Shown here: one piece after another, positions 43,101-59,394 of the stretch
Layout: each line of letters starts with the position of its first letter
How positions within the stretch are numbered: position 1 is the stretch's first letter
Assembly: GCF_009914755.1 (NCBI RefSeq)
Contig: NC_060940.1
Direction: 5' to 3' (one strand)
Length of the DNA stretch: 64,000 bases
Source of the DNA: the human T2T-CHM13v2.0 reference genome, Homo sapiens
Notes under the pieces: model-generated
What the model saw: the letters and a program-made list of their open reading frames with translations, nothing else
What the model was told of the DNA's origin: nothing
Databases searched by the model: none
Position numbers and translations under genes: made by a program

Positions 43101-46100
43101 CATTCGATTCCATTCGATGATGATTGGATTCGATTCCATTTGATGATTTCATTTGATTCCATTCGGTAATGATTTCGATCAATTCCATTCGATGATTCCA
43201 TTCGATTCCATTCGATAATGATTACATCCGAGTCCATTCGATGATTCCATTTGAGCCCGTTCGATAATTCCATTTGAGTCCAATCAATGATTCCATTCAT
43301 TTCCATTCAATGATTCCATTCGAGTCCATTTGATCATTCCGGTAGGGTCCGTTCGATGTTGATTCCATTGGAGTGCATTCGATGATTCCATTCGAGTCCA
43401 TTTTAGGATTTGATTCGAGTCCTTTCGATGATTCCATTCGATTCCACTCGATGATTTCATTCGAGTCCATTCGACACTTCCAATCGATTCCATTTGATGT
43501 TTCCATTCGATTCCAATTGATGATTCCATTCAATTCCATTCGATGATGATTCCGTACGATTCCATTCTGTGATGATTCCATGTGATTGCATTCAATGATG
43601 ATTCCTTTCGATTGCATTCGATTATGATTCATTTCGTGTTCATTCTATGGTTCCACAGGTTTCCATTCGATGATGTTTCCATTCGTGTCCATTCCATTAT
43701 TCCATTATATTCCATTTGAAGATGATTCCATTCGATTCCATTCATTGGTGATTCCACTCAATTCCATTCAATGATTCCATTCCATTTCTTTCAACAATGA
43801 TTCCATTAGATTCTATTCGATGATCCACTTGATTCCATTTGGCGATGATTCCATTCGTGTCCATTCGATGATTCCATTTGATTCCATATGATGATGATTC
43901 CATTCGATTCCATACGATGATGATTCCATTCGAGTCCATTCAATGGTGATTCCATTCAATTCCATTCGATGATTCCTTCCGATTCCATTCAATGATGATG
44001 GCATTCGATTCCTTTCGATCATTCCCTTTGATTCCATTCAAAGGTGATTTCATTCAAGTCCATTCGATAATTGCATTCGATTCCATTCTATGATGATTCC
44101 ATTCGAGTCCATTTGATGATTCCATTCAATTCAAGTCAATGATGATTCCATTCGATTCCACTCGATGATTCCATTGGATTCCATTCGATGATGATTCCAT
44201 TCAAATCCATTCGATAATTCAATTCAAGTCCATTCGATGATGATTCCAATCGAATCCATTCAAAGATTCCACTCAATTCCATTCGATGATGATTCCCTTA
44301 GATTCCATTCGATGATTCCACTTGATTCCATTTACGATGATTCCATTCGATTCCATGTGATGATTCCATTCAATTCTATTCAATGATGTTTCCACTTGAT
44401 TCCATTCGAACATGATTGCCTTTGATTCCATTCAATGATTCCATACGGTTCCATTTGATGATGATTCCATTCGAGTGCATTAGATGATTCCATTCGAGTC
44501 CATTCGATGATTCCATTCGATTCCATTCGATGTTGATTCTGTTCAAATCCATTCGATGATTCCACTCGATTCCATTCGATGACTCCATTTGATCCCATTC
44601 GATGATTTCCTTTGATTCCCTTTGATGATCATTCCATTTGATTCAATTCGGTGATTTCATTTGATTCCATTCAGTGATGTTTCCATTCAACTCCTTTCGA
44701 TGATGATTCCATTCGACTCCATTCGATTATGATTTCATTCAATTCCATTCGATAATGATTCCCTTCAAGTCCATTCGATGATTCCATTCGATTCCATTCA
44801 ACGATGATTTGATTCGTGTCCATTCGATGATTCCATTTGATTCCATTTGATGATGATTCCATTCGAGTCCCTTTGATGATTCCATTCAATTCCATTCTCC
44901 GATGATTTCTTTTGAGCCCATTCAATGCTTCCACTCGATTCCATATGATGATGACTCCATTTGATGAAATTCCATGATGATTCCATTCGCTTGCATTCGA
45001 TGATGATTCCACTTGAGTCCGTTAGAAGATTCTATTCAATTACATTCCATGACGATTCTGTTCGAGTCCATTTGATGATTCCATTAGACTCCATTCGACG
45101 ATGATTCCATTCGATGTTATTCGATGATGATTCCATTCAACTCCATTCGATGTTTCCATTCGAGTTCATTCTATTATTCCATTAGATTCCATTCGATGAT
45201 GATTCCATTCGATTCCATTTGATGATTGCATTCTATTTCATTTGATGATGATTCCATTCGAGTCCATTCGATGATTCCATTCGAGTCCATTTAATGAATC
45301 CATTGGTTTCAATTCTATGATGATTACATTGGATTCCATTCGTTGATGATTTCATTCGATTCCATTCAATGATGATTCCATTCAATTCCATTCAATGATT
45401 CCATTCAATTCCATACGATGATGATTCCATTTGATTTGATTCGACAGTGAGCCATTCGATTCAATTCCATGATGATTCTATTTGATTCAATTGGTTGACA
45501 TTTCCATTCGATTCCATTCGATGATGATTCCATTTGATTCCATTCAAAGATGATTCCATTCTAGCCCATTCAATCATTCCATTCGATTCTATTCAATGAT
45601 GATTCCATTCATGTCGATTTGGTGATTCCATTTGACTTCATTTGATGATGATTCCTTTCAAGTTCATTAGATGATTCCATTCGATTCCATTTGATGATGA
45701 TCCCATTCGAGTCCATTCAGTGATTCCACTCGTTTCCATTCCATGATGATTCCATTCCATTCCATTCAATGATTCCATTCCATTCCGTTTGATGATGATT
45801 TCATTCGAGTCCATTTGATGATTCCATTTGATTCCATTCGATGATGATTACATTCGAGTCCATACGATGATTCCACTCAATTCCATATGATGATGATTCC
45901 ATTCGATTCCATTCGATGATTCCATTCTATTCTATTCAATGGTGATTCCATTCGAGTACATTAGATGATTCCATTCGATTCCATTCAATGATGATTCTAT
46001 TTGTGTCCCTTAGATGGTTCCACATGATTCCATTTCATGATGATACTATTTGAGCCCATCCAATGATTCCCTTCGATTCCATTCGATGAGGATTCCATTC

Positions 46101-47170
46101 GATTCAATTCATTGGTGATTCTATTCAATTCAATTCTTTGATTCCATTCCATTCCATTCGACAATGATTCCATTCGATTTCTTTCGATGATTCCACTCGA
46201 TTCCACTTGACATTGATTCCATTCGATTCCATTCAATGATTCCGTTTGATTCCAGTGGATGATGATTGCCATCGATTCCATTCGATCACTCCATTCTATT
46301 CCATTTGATGATGATTACATTCGATTCCATTTGATGATTCCATCTGATTCTATTCGAGGATTCCATTTGATTCCATTCGATGATGATTCCATTCGAGTGC
46401 ATTCGATGATTTCATTCGAGTACATCCAATGATTCCATTCGAGTCCATTTGATGATTCCATTTGATTCCATTTGATTATGATTCTACTAGAGTCCATTCA
46501 ATGACTCCATTCGAATCCATTCTACAATTCCATTCGAGGCCATTCGATGATTCCATTTCATGATTCCATTCGAGTCCATTTAATCATTACAGTCGAGTCC
46601 ATTTGGTGATTCCACTGGATTTCTTTTGATAATGATACCATTCAATTACATTTGATGATGATCCCATTCAATTTCATTTGATGGTGATTCCATTAGAGTC
46701 CATTCGATGATTTCATTCGAGTCCCTTCATTGATTCCATCCGATTTCATTGGATGATGACTCCATTCGAGTCCATTCGATGATTCCACTCGATTCCATTA
46801 GATGATTCCATTGGAGTCCATTTGATTGTTCCATTCGATTCTATTCGATTCCTTTCGAAGATTATTCCATTTGAGTCCATTCGATGATGATTCCATTCCA
46901 TTCCATTCGATGATTCCGTTTGATTCCATTCGATGATTCCCTTCGATTCCTTTCTTTGATGATTCCATTCCATTCCATTCAATGATTCCATTCGAATCTA
47001 TTCCATGATGATTCCTTTCGATTCCATTCGCTGATGTTTCCGTTCAATTCCATTCGATGATGATTCCATTCGATTCCATTCATTGAGGATTCCATTTGAT
47101 TCCATTCAATGATGATTCCATTCTATTCCATTCAATGATTGCATTCAATTCCATTCAATGATTATCCCCT
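37188..47170 (+). repeat. Super-unit copy 4 (9983 bp, most intact)
   Basis: Landmark spacing 9983, and ORF 37464 vs 47447. Confidence 0.88.
40833..42663 (+). repeat. Block X copy 4
   Basis: Offset 25481 from copy 1. GAATTC at 41654. Confidence 0.85.
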
Positions 47171-50100
47171 TAGAGTAAACTCAACGATTCCATTCAATAC
47201 CATTCGATGATGATTCCTTTTGAGTCCATTCAATGATTTCATTCAAGTCCATTTGATGATTCCTTTCAATTCCATTCTATGATGATTCCATTCGAGTCCA
47301 TTCTATGATTCCATTCGATTGCATTCGATGATTCCATTATATTCCATTCAACGATGATTCCATTCGAGTCCATTCGATGATTCCATTAGAGTACATTTAA
47401 TGATTGCTTTGTTTTCAATTCGAAGATGATTACATTGGATTCCATTCTATGATACCATTCGATTCCATTCAATGATGATTCCACTCAAATCCATTGGATG
47501 ATTCCATTCGTGTCCATTCGGTGATTTCATTAGATTCCATTCGAGGATGATTCCATTCGATTCCATTCGATGATTCCATTCAATTCCATTCGATGGTGAT
47601 TCCATTCCAGTCCATATGATCATTCCATTTGATTTCATTTGATGATGATTCCATTCGATTCCATTCGATGATTCCATTCTATTCCATTCGATGATGATTC
47701 CACTCGAGTCCATTCGATGATTCCATTCGAGTCCATTTAATGATTCCATTGGGTTCAATTCAATGATGATTACATTGGATTCCGTTCTATGATTCCATTC
47801 AATTCCGTTCATTGACAATTTGATTCCATTCGATGATGATTCCATTTGAGTTCATTCGATGATTCTATTCGATTCTCTTCGATGGTGATTCAATTCTATT
47901 ATATTGGATGATTCCATTCGATTCCATTTGATGTTGATTCAATTCGATTCTATTCGATGATGATTCCATTGGATTTCACTTGATGATTCTATTCGATTCC
48001 ATTCAATGATGATTCACTTCTCGTCCATTGGATGATTCCATTTCATTCCATTCGATGATGATTCCATTCGATTCCATTCGATGATTCCATTTGATTCCAT
48101 GCGTCGGTGAGCAATTCGATTCAATTCCATGATGATTCTATTTGATTCAATTAGATGATGTTTCCATTCGAATCCATTCCATGATTATTCCATTGGAATC
48201 CATTCGGCGATGATTCCATATGAGTCAATTCAATGATGATTCCATATGAGTCCGTTCGATGATAATTCCATTTGATTTCATTCGGTGCTTCTATTCAATT
48301 CCAGTCGATGATGATTCCGTTGGAGTGCATACGATGATTCCATTTGATTTCATTTGATGATGATTCCATTCGATGATGATTACATTGGATTCCATTCTAT
48401 GATTCCATTCAATTCCATTCGTTGATGATTCGATTCCATTCAATGATGATTCCATTTGAGTTCATTCGATGATTCTATTCGATTCCGTTCGATGGTGATT
48501 CAATTCTCTTATATTGGATGAATCCACTCGATTCCATTTGATGATTATTCCATTGGAGTCCACTTAGTGAATCCTTTAGATTCTACTCGAAGATGATTCC
48601 ATTCAAGTCCATTCGATGATACCATTCAATTCCATTCGTTGATGCTTCCATTCAAGTGCATTCGATGATATCATTCGATTCCATTTGATGATAATTCCAT
48701 TTGATTCCATACGATGATTCTATTCGATTCCATTCAATGATAATTCCATTCACTTCAGTGATTCCTCTGGACTCCATTTGATGATGATTCCATTCAATGA
48801 TTCCATTCGATTCTATTCGAAAATGATTCCATTTGAATCCATTTGATGATGATTCCATTAGATTCCATTTGATGATTCCATTCGATTCCATGCGACGATG
48901 ATTCCATTCGATTCCATGTGATGATTCCATTCTATTCTATTCGATGATGATTCCATTCGATTCCATTCGATGATGATTGGATTCGATTCCATTTGATGAT
49001 TTCATTTGATTCCATTCGTTAATGATTTCGATCAATTCCATTCGATGATTCCATTCGATTCCATTCGATAATGATTACATCCGTGTCCATTCAGTGATTC
49101 CATTTGAGCCTGTTCGATAATTCCATTTGAGTCCAACCAATGATTCCATTCATTTCCATTCAATGATTCCATTCGAGTCCATTTGATCATTCCGGTAGGG
49201 TCCATTCGATGTTGATTCCATTGGAGTGCATTCGATGATTCCATTCGAGTCCATTTTATGATTTGATTCGAGTCCTTTCGATGATTCCATTCGATTCCAC
49301 TCGATGATGATTTCATTCGAGTCCATTCGACACTTCCAATCGATTCCATTTGATGTTTCCATTCGAGTCCAATTGATGATTCCATTCAATTCCATTCGAT
49401 GATGATTCCGTACGATTCCATTCTGTGATGATTCCATGTGATTGCATTCAATGATGATTCCTTTCGATTGCATTCGATTATGATTCATTTCGTGTTCATT
49501 CTATGGTTCCACAGGTTTCCATTCGTGTCCATTCCATTATTCCATTCTATTCCATTTGATGATGATTCCATTCGATTCCATTCATTGGTGATTCCACTCA
49601 ATTCCATTCAATGATTCCATTCCATTTCTTTCAACAATGATTCCATTAGTTTCTAATCGATGATCCACTTGATTCCATTTGACGACGATTCCATTCTTGT
49701 CCATTCGATGATTCCATTTGATTCCATATGATGATGATTCCATTCGATTCCATACCATGATGATTCCATTCGAGTCCATTCAATGGTGATTCCATTCAAT
49801 TCCATTCGATGATTCCTTTTGATTCCATTCGATGATGATGGCATTCGATTCCTTTCAATCATTCCCTTTGATTCCATTCAAAGGTGATTTCATTCAAGTC
49901 CATTCGATAATTGCATTCGATTCCATTCTATGATGATTCCATTCGAGTCCATTTGATGATTCCATTCAATTCAAGTCAATGATGATTCCATTCGATTCCA
50001 TTCGATGATTCCATTGGATTCCATTCGATGATGATTCCATTCAAATCCATTCGATAATTCAATTCAAGTCCATTCGATGATGATTCCAATCGAATCCATT

Positions 50101-53100
50101 CAAAGATTCCATTCAGTTCCATTCGATGATTCCCTTAGATTCCATTCGATGATTTCACTTGATTGCATTTACGATGATTCCATTCGATTCCATGTGATGA
50201 TTCCATTCAATTCTATTCAATGATGTCTCCATTTGATTCCATTCGACCATGATTGCCTTTGATTCCATTCAATGATTCCATTCGGTTCCGTTTGATGATG
50301 ATTCCGTTCGATTCCATTTGATGATTCCATTTGATTCCATTGGATGAGTCCATTCGATTACATTCGATGATTATTCCATTCGAGTGCATTAGATGATTCC
50401 ATTCGAGTCCATTCGATGATTCCATTCGATTCCATTCGATGTTGATTCTGTTCAAATCCATTCGATGATTCCACTCGATTCCATTCGTTGACTCCATTTG
50501 ATCCCATTCGATGATTTCCTTTGATTCCCTTTGATGATCATTCCATTTGATTCAATTCGGTGATTTCATTTGATTCCATTCAGTGATGTTTCCATTCGAC
50601 TCCATTCGATGATGATTCCATTCGACTCCATTCGATTATGATTTCATTCAATTCCATTCGATAATGATTCCCTTCGAGTCCATTCGATGATTCCATTCGA
50701 TTCCATTCAACGATGATTTGATTCGTGTCCATTCGATGATTCCATTTGATTCCACTTGATGATGATTCCATTCGAGTCCATTTGATGATTCCATTCAATT
50801 CCATACTCCGATGATTTCTTTTGAGCCCACTCAATGCTTCCACTCGATTCCATATGATGATGACTCCATTCGATGAAATTCGATGATGATTCCGTTCGCT
50901 TGCTTTCGATGATGATTCCACTTGAGTCCGTTAGAAGATTCTATTCAATTACATTCCATGACGATTCTGTTCGAGTCCATTTGATGATTCCATTAGACTC
51001 CATTCGACGATGATTCCATTCGATGTTATTCGATGATTCCATTCGATCTCATTCGATGATGATTCCATTCAACTCCATTCGATGTTTCCATTCGAGTTCA
51101 TTCTATTATTCCATTAGATTCCATTCGATGATGATTCCATTCGATTCCATTTGATGATTGCATTCTATTTCATTTGATGATGATTCCATTCGAGTCCACT
51201 CGATGATTCCATTGGAGTCCATTTAATGAATCCATTGGTGTCAATTCTATGATGATTACATTGGATTACATTCGTTGATGATTTCATTCGGTTCCATTCA
51301 ATGATGATTCCATTCAATTCCTTTCAATGTTTCCATTCAATTCCATACGATGATGATTCCATTTGATTTGATTCGACAGTGAGCCATTCGATTCAATTCC
51401 ATGATGATTCCATTTGATTCCATTGGTTGACATTTCCATTCGATTCCATTCGATGATGATTCCCTTTGATTCCGTTCAAAGATGATTCCATTCTAGCCCA
51501 TTCAATCATTCCATTCGATTCTATTCAATGATGATTCCATTCATGTCGATTTGGTGATTCCATTTGACTTCATTTGATGATGATTCCTTTCAAGTTCATT
51601 AGATGATTCCATTCGATTCCATTTGATGATGATCCCATTCGAGTCCATTCAGTGATTCCATTCGTTTCCCTTCCATGATGATTCCATTCCTTTCCATTCA
51701 ATGATTCCATTCGATTCCGTTTGATGATGATTTCATTCGAGTCCATTTGATGATTCCATTTGATTCCATTCGATGATGATTCCATTCGAGTCCATTCGAT
51801 GATTCTATTCGAATCCATTTGATGATTTCTTTTGATTATATTTGGTGATGATTCCATTGGAGTCCATTCAATGATTGCATTCTATTCCAATCGATGATGA
51901 TTCCATTAGAGTCCATTTAATGATTCCATTTGATTCCAGTCTCTGATGATTACATTCGAGTCCATACGATGATTCCACTCAATTCCATATGATGATGATT
52001 CCATTTGATTCCATTCGGTGATTCCATTCTATTCTATTCAATGGTGATTCCATTCGAGTACATTAGATGATTCCATTCGATTCCATTCAATGATGATTCT
52101 ATTTGTGTCCCTTAAATGATTCCACATGATTCCATTAGATGATGATACTATTTGAGCCCATCCAATGATTCCCTTCGATTCCATTCGATGAGGATTCCAT
52201 TCGATTCAATTCATTGGTGATTCTATTCAATTCAATTCTTTGATTCCATTCCATTCCATTCGACAATGATTCCATTCGATTTCTTTCGATGATTCCACTC
52301 GATTCCACTTGACATTGATTCCATTCGATTCCATTCAATGATTCCATTTGATTCCAGTGGATGATGATTGCCATCGATTCCATTCGATCACTCCATTCTA
52401 TTCCATTTGATGATGATTACATTCGATTCCATTTGATGATTCCATCTGATTCTATTCGAGGATTCCATTTGATTCCATTCGATGATGATTCCATTCGAGT
52501 CCATTCGATGATTTCATTCGAGTACATCCAATGATTCCATTCGAGTCCATTAGATGATTCCATTTGATTCCATTTGAAAATGATTCTACTAGAGTCCATT
52601 CAATGACTCCATTCGAGTCCATTCAACAATTCCATTCGACTCCATTCGATGATTCCATTCGATTCCATTTGATGGTTCCATTCGAGTCCATTTAATCATT
52701 ACAGTCGAGTCCATTTGGTGATTCCACTGGATTTCCTTTGATAATGATACCATTCAATTTCATTTGATGATGATCCCATTCAATTTCATTTGATGATGAT
52801 TCCATTAGAGTCCATTCGATGATTTCATTCGAGTCCCTTCATTGATTCCATCCGATTTCATTGGATGATGACTCCATTCGAGTCCATTCGATGATTCCAC
52901 TCGATTCCATTAGATGACTCCATTGGAGTCCATTTGATTGTTCCATTCGATTCCATTCGATTCCTTTCGAAGATTATTCCATTTGAGTCCATTCGATGAT
53001 GATTCCATTCCATTCCATTCGATGATTCCGTTTGATTCCATTCGATGATTCCCTTCGATTCCTTTCTTTGATGATTCCATTCCATTCCATTCAATGATTC

Positions 53101-53282
53101 CATTCGAATCTATTCCATGATGATTCCTTTCGATTCCATTCGCTGATGTTTCCGTTCAATTCCATTCGATGATGATTCCATTCGATTCCATTCATTGAGG
53201 ATTCCATTTGATTCCATTCAATGATGATTCCATTCTATTCCATTCAATGATTGCATTCAATTCCATTCAATGATTATCCCAT
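47171..53282 (+). repeat. Canonical 6112-bp unit
   Basis: Landmarks at 47171 and 53283. ORF offsets to the next unit are 6112. Confidence 0.93.
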
Positions 53283-56200
53283 TAGAGTAAACTCAACGAT
53301 TCCATTCAATACCATTCGATGATGATTCCTTTTGAGTCCATTCAATGATTTCATTCAAGTCCATTTGATGATTCCTTTCAATTCCATTCTATGATGATTC
53401 CATTCGAGTCCATTCGATGATTCCATTCGATTGCATTCGATGATTCCATTATATTCCATTCAACGGTGATTCCATTCGAGTCCATTCCATGATTCCATTA
53501 GAGTACATTTAATGATTGCTTTGTTTTCAATTCGAAGATGATTACATTGGATTCCATTCTATGATACCATTCGATTCCATTCAATGATGATTCCACTCAA
53601 ATCCATTGGATGATTCCATTCGTGTCCATTCGGTGATTTCATTAGATTCCATTCGAGGATGATTCCATTCGATTCCATTCGATGATTCCATTCAATTCCA
53701 TTCGATGATGATTCCATTCCAGTCCATATGATCATTCCATTTGATTTCATTCGATGATGATTCCATTCGATTCCATTCGACGATTCCATTCTATTCCATT
53801 CGATGATGATTCCATTCGAGTCCATTCGATGATTCCATTCGAGTCCATTTAATGATTCCATTGGGTTCAATTCAATGATGATTACATTGGATTCCGTTCT
53901 ATGATTCCATTCAATTCCGTTCATTGACAATTTGATTCCATTCGATGATGATTCCATTTGAGTTCATTCGATGATTCTATTCGATTCTCTTCGATGGTGA
54001 TTCAATTCTATTATATTGGATGATTCCATTCGATTCCATTTGATGTTGATTCAATTCGATTCTATTCGATGATGATTCCATTGGATTTCACTTGATGATT
54101 CTATTCGATTCCATTCAATGATGATTCACTTCTCGTCCATTGGATGATTCCATTTCATTCCATTCGATGATGATTCCATTCGATTCCATTCGATGATTCC
54201 ATTTGATTCCATGCGACGGTGAGCAATTCGATTCAATTCCATGATGATTCTATTTGATTCAATTAGATGATGTTTCCATTCGAATCCATTCCATGATTAT
54301 TCCATTGGAATCCATTCGGCGATGATTCCATATGAGTCAATTCAATGATGATTCCATATGGGTCCGTTCGATGATAATTCCATTTGATTTCATTCGGTGC
54401 TTCTATTCAATTCCAGTCGATGATGATTCCGTTGGAGTCCATACGATGATTCCATTTGATTTCATTTGATGATGATTCCATTCGATGATGATTACATTGG
54501 ATTCCATTCTATGATTCCATTCAATTCCATTCGTTGATGATTCGATTCCATTCAATGATGATTCCATTTGAGTTCATTCGATGATTCTATTCGATTCCGT
54601 TCGATGGTGATTCAATTCTCTTATATTGGATGAATCCACTCGATTCCATTTGATGATTATTCCATTGGAGTCCACTTAGTGAATCCTTCAGATTCTACTC
54701 GAAGATGATTCCATTCAAGTCCATTCGATGATACCATTCAATTCCATTCGTTGATGCTTCCATTCAAGTGCATTCGATGATATCATTCGATTCCATTTGA
54801 TGATAATTCCATTTGATTCCATGCGATGATTCTATTCGATTCCATTCAATGATAATTCCATTCAGTTCAGTGATTCCTCTGGACTCCATTTGATGATGAT
54901 TCCATTCAATGATTCCATTCGATTCTATTCGAAAATGATTCCATTTGAATCCATTTGATGATGATTCCATTAGATTCCATTTGATGATTCCATTCGATTC
55001 CATGCGACGATGATTCCATTCGATTCCATGTGATGATTCCATTCTATTCTATTCGATGATGATTCCATTCGATTCCATTCGATGATGATTGGATTCGATT
55101 CCATTTGATGATTTCATTTGATTCCATTCGTTAATGATTTCGATCAATTCCATTCGATGATTCCATTCGATTCCATTCGATAATGATTACATCCGTGTCC
55201 ATTCAGTGATTCCATTTGAGCCTGTTCGATAATTCCATTTGAGTCCAACCAATGATTCCATTCATTTCCATTCAATGATTCCATTCGAGTCCATTTGATC
55301 ATTCCGGTAGGGTCCATTCGATGTTGATTCCATTGGAGTGCATTCGATGATTCCATTCGAGTCCATTTTAGGATTTGATTCGAGTCCTTTCGATGATTCC
55401 ATTCGATTCCACTCGATGATGATTTCATTCGAGTCCATTCGACACTTCCAATCGATTCCATTTGATGTTTCCATTCGAGTCCAATTGATGATTCCATTCA
55501 ATTCCATTCGATGATGATTCCGTACGATTCCATTCTGTGATGATTCCATGTGATTGCATTCAATGATGATTCCTTTCGATTGCATTCGATTGTGATTCAT
55601 TTCGTCTTCATTCTATGGTTCCACAGGTTTCCATTCGTGTCCATTCCATTATTCCATTCTATTCCATTTGATGATGATTCCATTCGATTCCATTCATTGG
55701 TGATTCCACTCAATTCCATTCAATGATTCCATTCCATTTCTTTCAACAATGATTCCATTAGTTTCTAATCGATGATCCACTTGATTCCATTTGACGACGA
55801 TTCCATTCTTGTCCATTCGATGATTCCATTTGATTCCATATGATGATGATTCCATTCGATTCCATACCATGATGATTCCATTCGAGTCCATTCAATGGTG
55901 ATTCCATTCAATTCCATTCGATGATTCCTTTCGATTCCATTCGATGATGATGGCATTCGATTCCTTTCAATCATTCCCTTTGATTCCATTCAAAGGTGAT
56001 TTCATTCAAGTCCATTCGATAATTGCATTCGATTCCATTCTATGATGATTCCATTCGAGTCCATTTGATGATTCCATTCAATTCAAATCAATGATGATTC
56101 CATTCGATTCCATTCGATGATTCCATTGGATTCCATTCGATGATGATTCCATTCAAATCCATTCGATAATTCAATTCAAGTCCATTCGATGATGATTAAA

Positions 56201-59200
56201 ATCGAATCCATTCAAAGATTCCATTCAGTTCCATTCGATGATTCCCTTAGATTCCATTCGATGATTCCACTTGATTTCATTTACGATGATTCCATTCGAT
56301 TCCATGTGATGATTCCATTCAATTCTATTCAATGATGTTTCCATTTGATTCCATTCGACCATGATTGCCTTTGATTCCATTCAATGACTCCATTCGGTTC
56401 CTTTTGATGATGATTCCGTTCGATTCCATTTCATTATTCCATTTGATTCCATTGGATGAGTCCATTCGATTACATTCGATGATTATTCCATTCGAGTGCA
56501 TTAGATGATTCCATTCGAGTCCATTCGATGATTCCATTCGATTCCATTCGATGTTGATTCTGTTCAAATCCATTCGATGATTCCACTCGATTCCATTCGA
56601 TGACTCCAGTTGATCCCATTCGATGATTTCCTTTGATTCCCTTTGATGATCATTCCATTTGATTCAATTCGGTGATTTCATTTGATTCCATTCAGTGATG
56701 TTTCCATTCGACTCCATTCGATGATGATTCCATTCGACTCCATTCGATTATGATTTCATTCAATTCCATTCGATAATGATTCCCTTCGAGTCCATTCGAT
56801 GATTCCATTCGATTCCATTCAACGATGATTTGATTCGTGTCCATTCGATGATTCCATTTGATTCCACTTGATGATGATTCCATTCGAGTCCATTTGATGA
56901 TTCCATTCAATTCCATACTCCGATGATTTCTTTTGAGCCCACTCAATGCTTCCACTCGATTCCATATGATGATGACTCCATTCGATGAAATTCGATGATG
57001 ATTCCGTTCGCTTGCTTTCGATGATGATTCCACTTGAGTCCGTTAGAAGATTCTATTCAATTACATTCCATGACGATTCTGTTCGAGTCCATTTGATGAT
57101 TCCATTAGACTCCATTCGACGATGATTCCATTCGATGTTATTCGATGATTCCATTCGATCTCATTCGATGATGATTCCATTCAACTCCATTCGATGTTTC
57201 CATTCGAGTTCATTCTATTATTCCATTAGATTCCATTCGATGATGATTCCATTCGATTCCATTTGATGATTGCATTCTATTTCATTTGATGATGATTCCA
57301 TTCGAGTCCACTCGATGATTCCATTGGAGTCCATTTAATGAATCCATTGGTGTCAATTCTATGATGATTACATTGGATTACATTCGTTGATGATTTCATT
57401 CGGTTCCATTCAATGATGATTCCATTCAATTCCTTTCAATGTTTCCATTCAATTCCATACGATGATGATTCCATTTGATTTGATTCGACAGTGAGCCATT
57501 CGATTCAATTCCATGATGATTCTATTTGATTCCATTGGTTGACATTTCCATTCGATTCCATTCGATGATGATTCCCTTTGATTCCGTTCAAAGATGATTC
57601 CATTCTAGCCCATTCAATCATTCCATTCGATTCTATTCAATGATGATTCCATTCATGTCGATTTGGTGATTCCATTTGACTTCATTTGATGATGATTCCT
57701 TTCAAGTTCATTAGATGATTCCATTCGATTCCATTTGATGATGATCCCATTCGAGTCCATTCAGTGATTCCATTCGTTTCCCTTCCATGATGATTCCATT
57801 CCTTTCCATTCAATGATTCCATTCGATTCCGTTTGATGATGATTTCATTCGAGTCCATTTGATGATTCCATTTGATTCCATTCGATGATGATTCCATTCG
57901 AGTCCATTCGATGATTCTATTCGAATCCATTTGATGATTTCTTTTGATTATATTTGGTGATGATTCCATTGGAGTCCATTCAATGATTGCATTCTATTCC
58001 AATCGATGATGATTCCATTAGAGTCCATTTAATGATTCCATTTGATTCCAGTCTCTGATGATTACATTCGAGTCCATACGATGATTCCACTCAATTCCAT
58101 ATGATGATGATTCCATTTGATTCCATTCGGTGATTCCATTCTATTCTATTCAATGGTGATTCCATTCGAGTACATTAGATGATTCCATTCGATTCCATTC
58201 AATGATGATTCTATTTGTGTCCCTTAGATGATTCCACATGATTCCATTAGATGATGATACTATTTGAGCCCATCCAATGATTCCCTTCGATTCCATTCGA
58301 TGAGGATTCCATTCGATTCAATTCATTGGTGATTCTATTCAATTCAATTCTTTGATTCCATTCCATTCCATTCGACAATGATTCCATTCGATTTCTTTCG
58401 ATGATTCCACTCGATTCCACTTGACATTGATTCCATTCGATTCCATTCAATGATTCCATTTGATTCCAGTGGATGATGATTGCCATCGATTCCATTCGAT
58501 CACTCCATTCTATTCCATTTGATGATGATTACATTCGATTCCATTTGATGATTCCATCTGATTCTATTCGAGGATTCCATTTGATTCCATTCGATGATGA
58601 TTCCATTCGAGTCCATTCGATGATTTCATTCGAGTACATCCAATGATTCCATTCGAGTACATTAGATGATTCCATTTGATTCCATTTGAAAATGATTCTA
58701 CTAGAGTCCATTCAATGACTCCATTCGAGTCCATTCAACAATTCCATTCGACTCCATTCGATGATTCCATTCGATTCCATTTGATGGTTCCATTCGAGTC
58801 CATTTAATCATTACAGTCGAGTCCATTTGGTGATTCCACTGGATTTCCTTTGATAATGATACCATTCAATTTCATTTGATGATGATCCCATTCAATTTCA
58901 TTTGATGATGATTCCATTAGAGTCCATTCGATGATTTCATTCGAGTCCCTTCATTGATTCCATCCGATTTCATTGGATGATGACTCCATTCGAGTCCATT
59001 CGATGATTCCACTCGATTCCATTAGATGACTCCATTGGAGTCCATTTGATTGTTCCATTCGATTCCATTCGATTCCTTTCGAAGATTATTCCATTTGAGT
59101 CCATTCGATGATGATTCCATTCCATTCCATTCGATGATTCCGTTTGATTCCATTCGATGATTCCCTTCGATTCCTTTCTTTGATGATTCCATTCCATTCC

Positions 59201-59394
59201 ATTCAATGATTCCATTCGAATCTATTCCATGATGATTCCTTTCGATTCCATTCGCTGATGTTTCCGTTCAATTCCATTCGATGATGATTCCATTCGATTC
59301 CATTCATTGAGGATTCCATTTGATTCCATTCAATGATGATTCCATTCTATTCCATTCAATGATTGCATTCAATTCCATTCAATGATTATCCCAT
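53283..59394 (+). repeat. Canonical 6112-bp unit
   Basis: Landmarks at 53283 and 59395. Confidence 0.93.

Noticed and set aside
12161-49000. A simple 25.48-kb segmental duplication (offset 25481-25482)
   Set aside because: The offset is just the sum of intervening unit lengths, and allele sharing between copies 1 and 4 holds only in part. It is better described as mosaicism.
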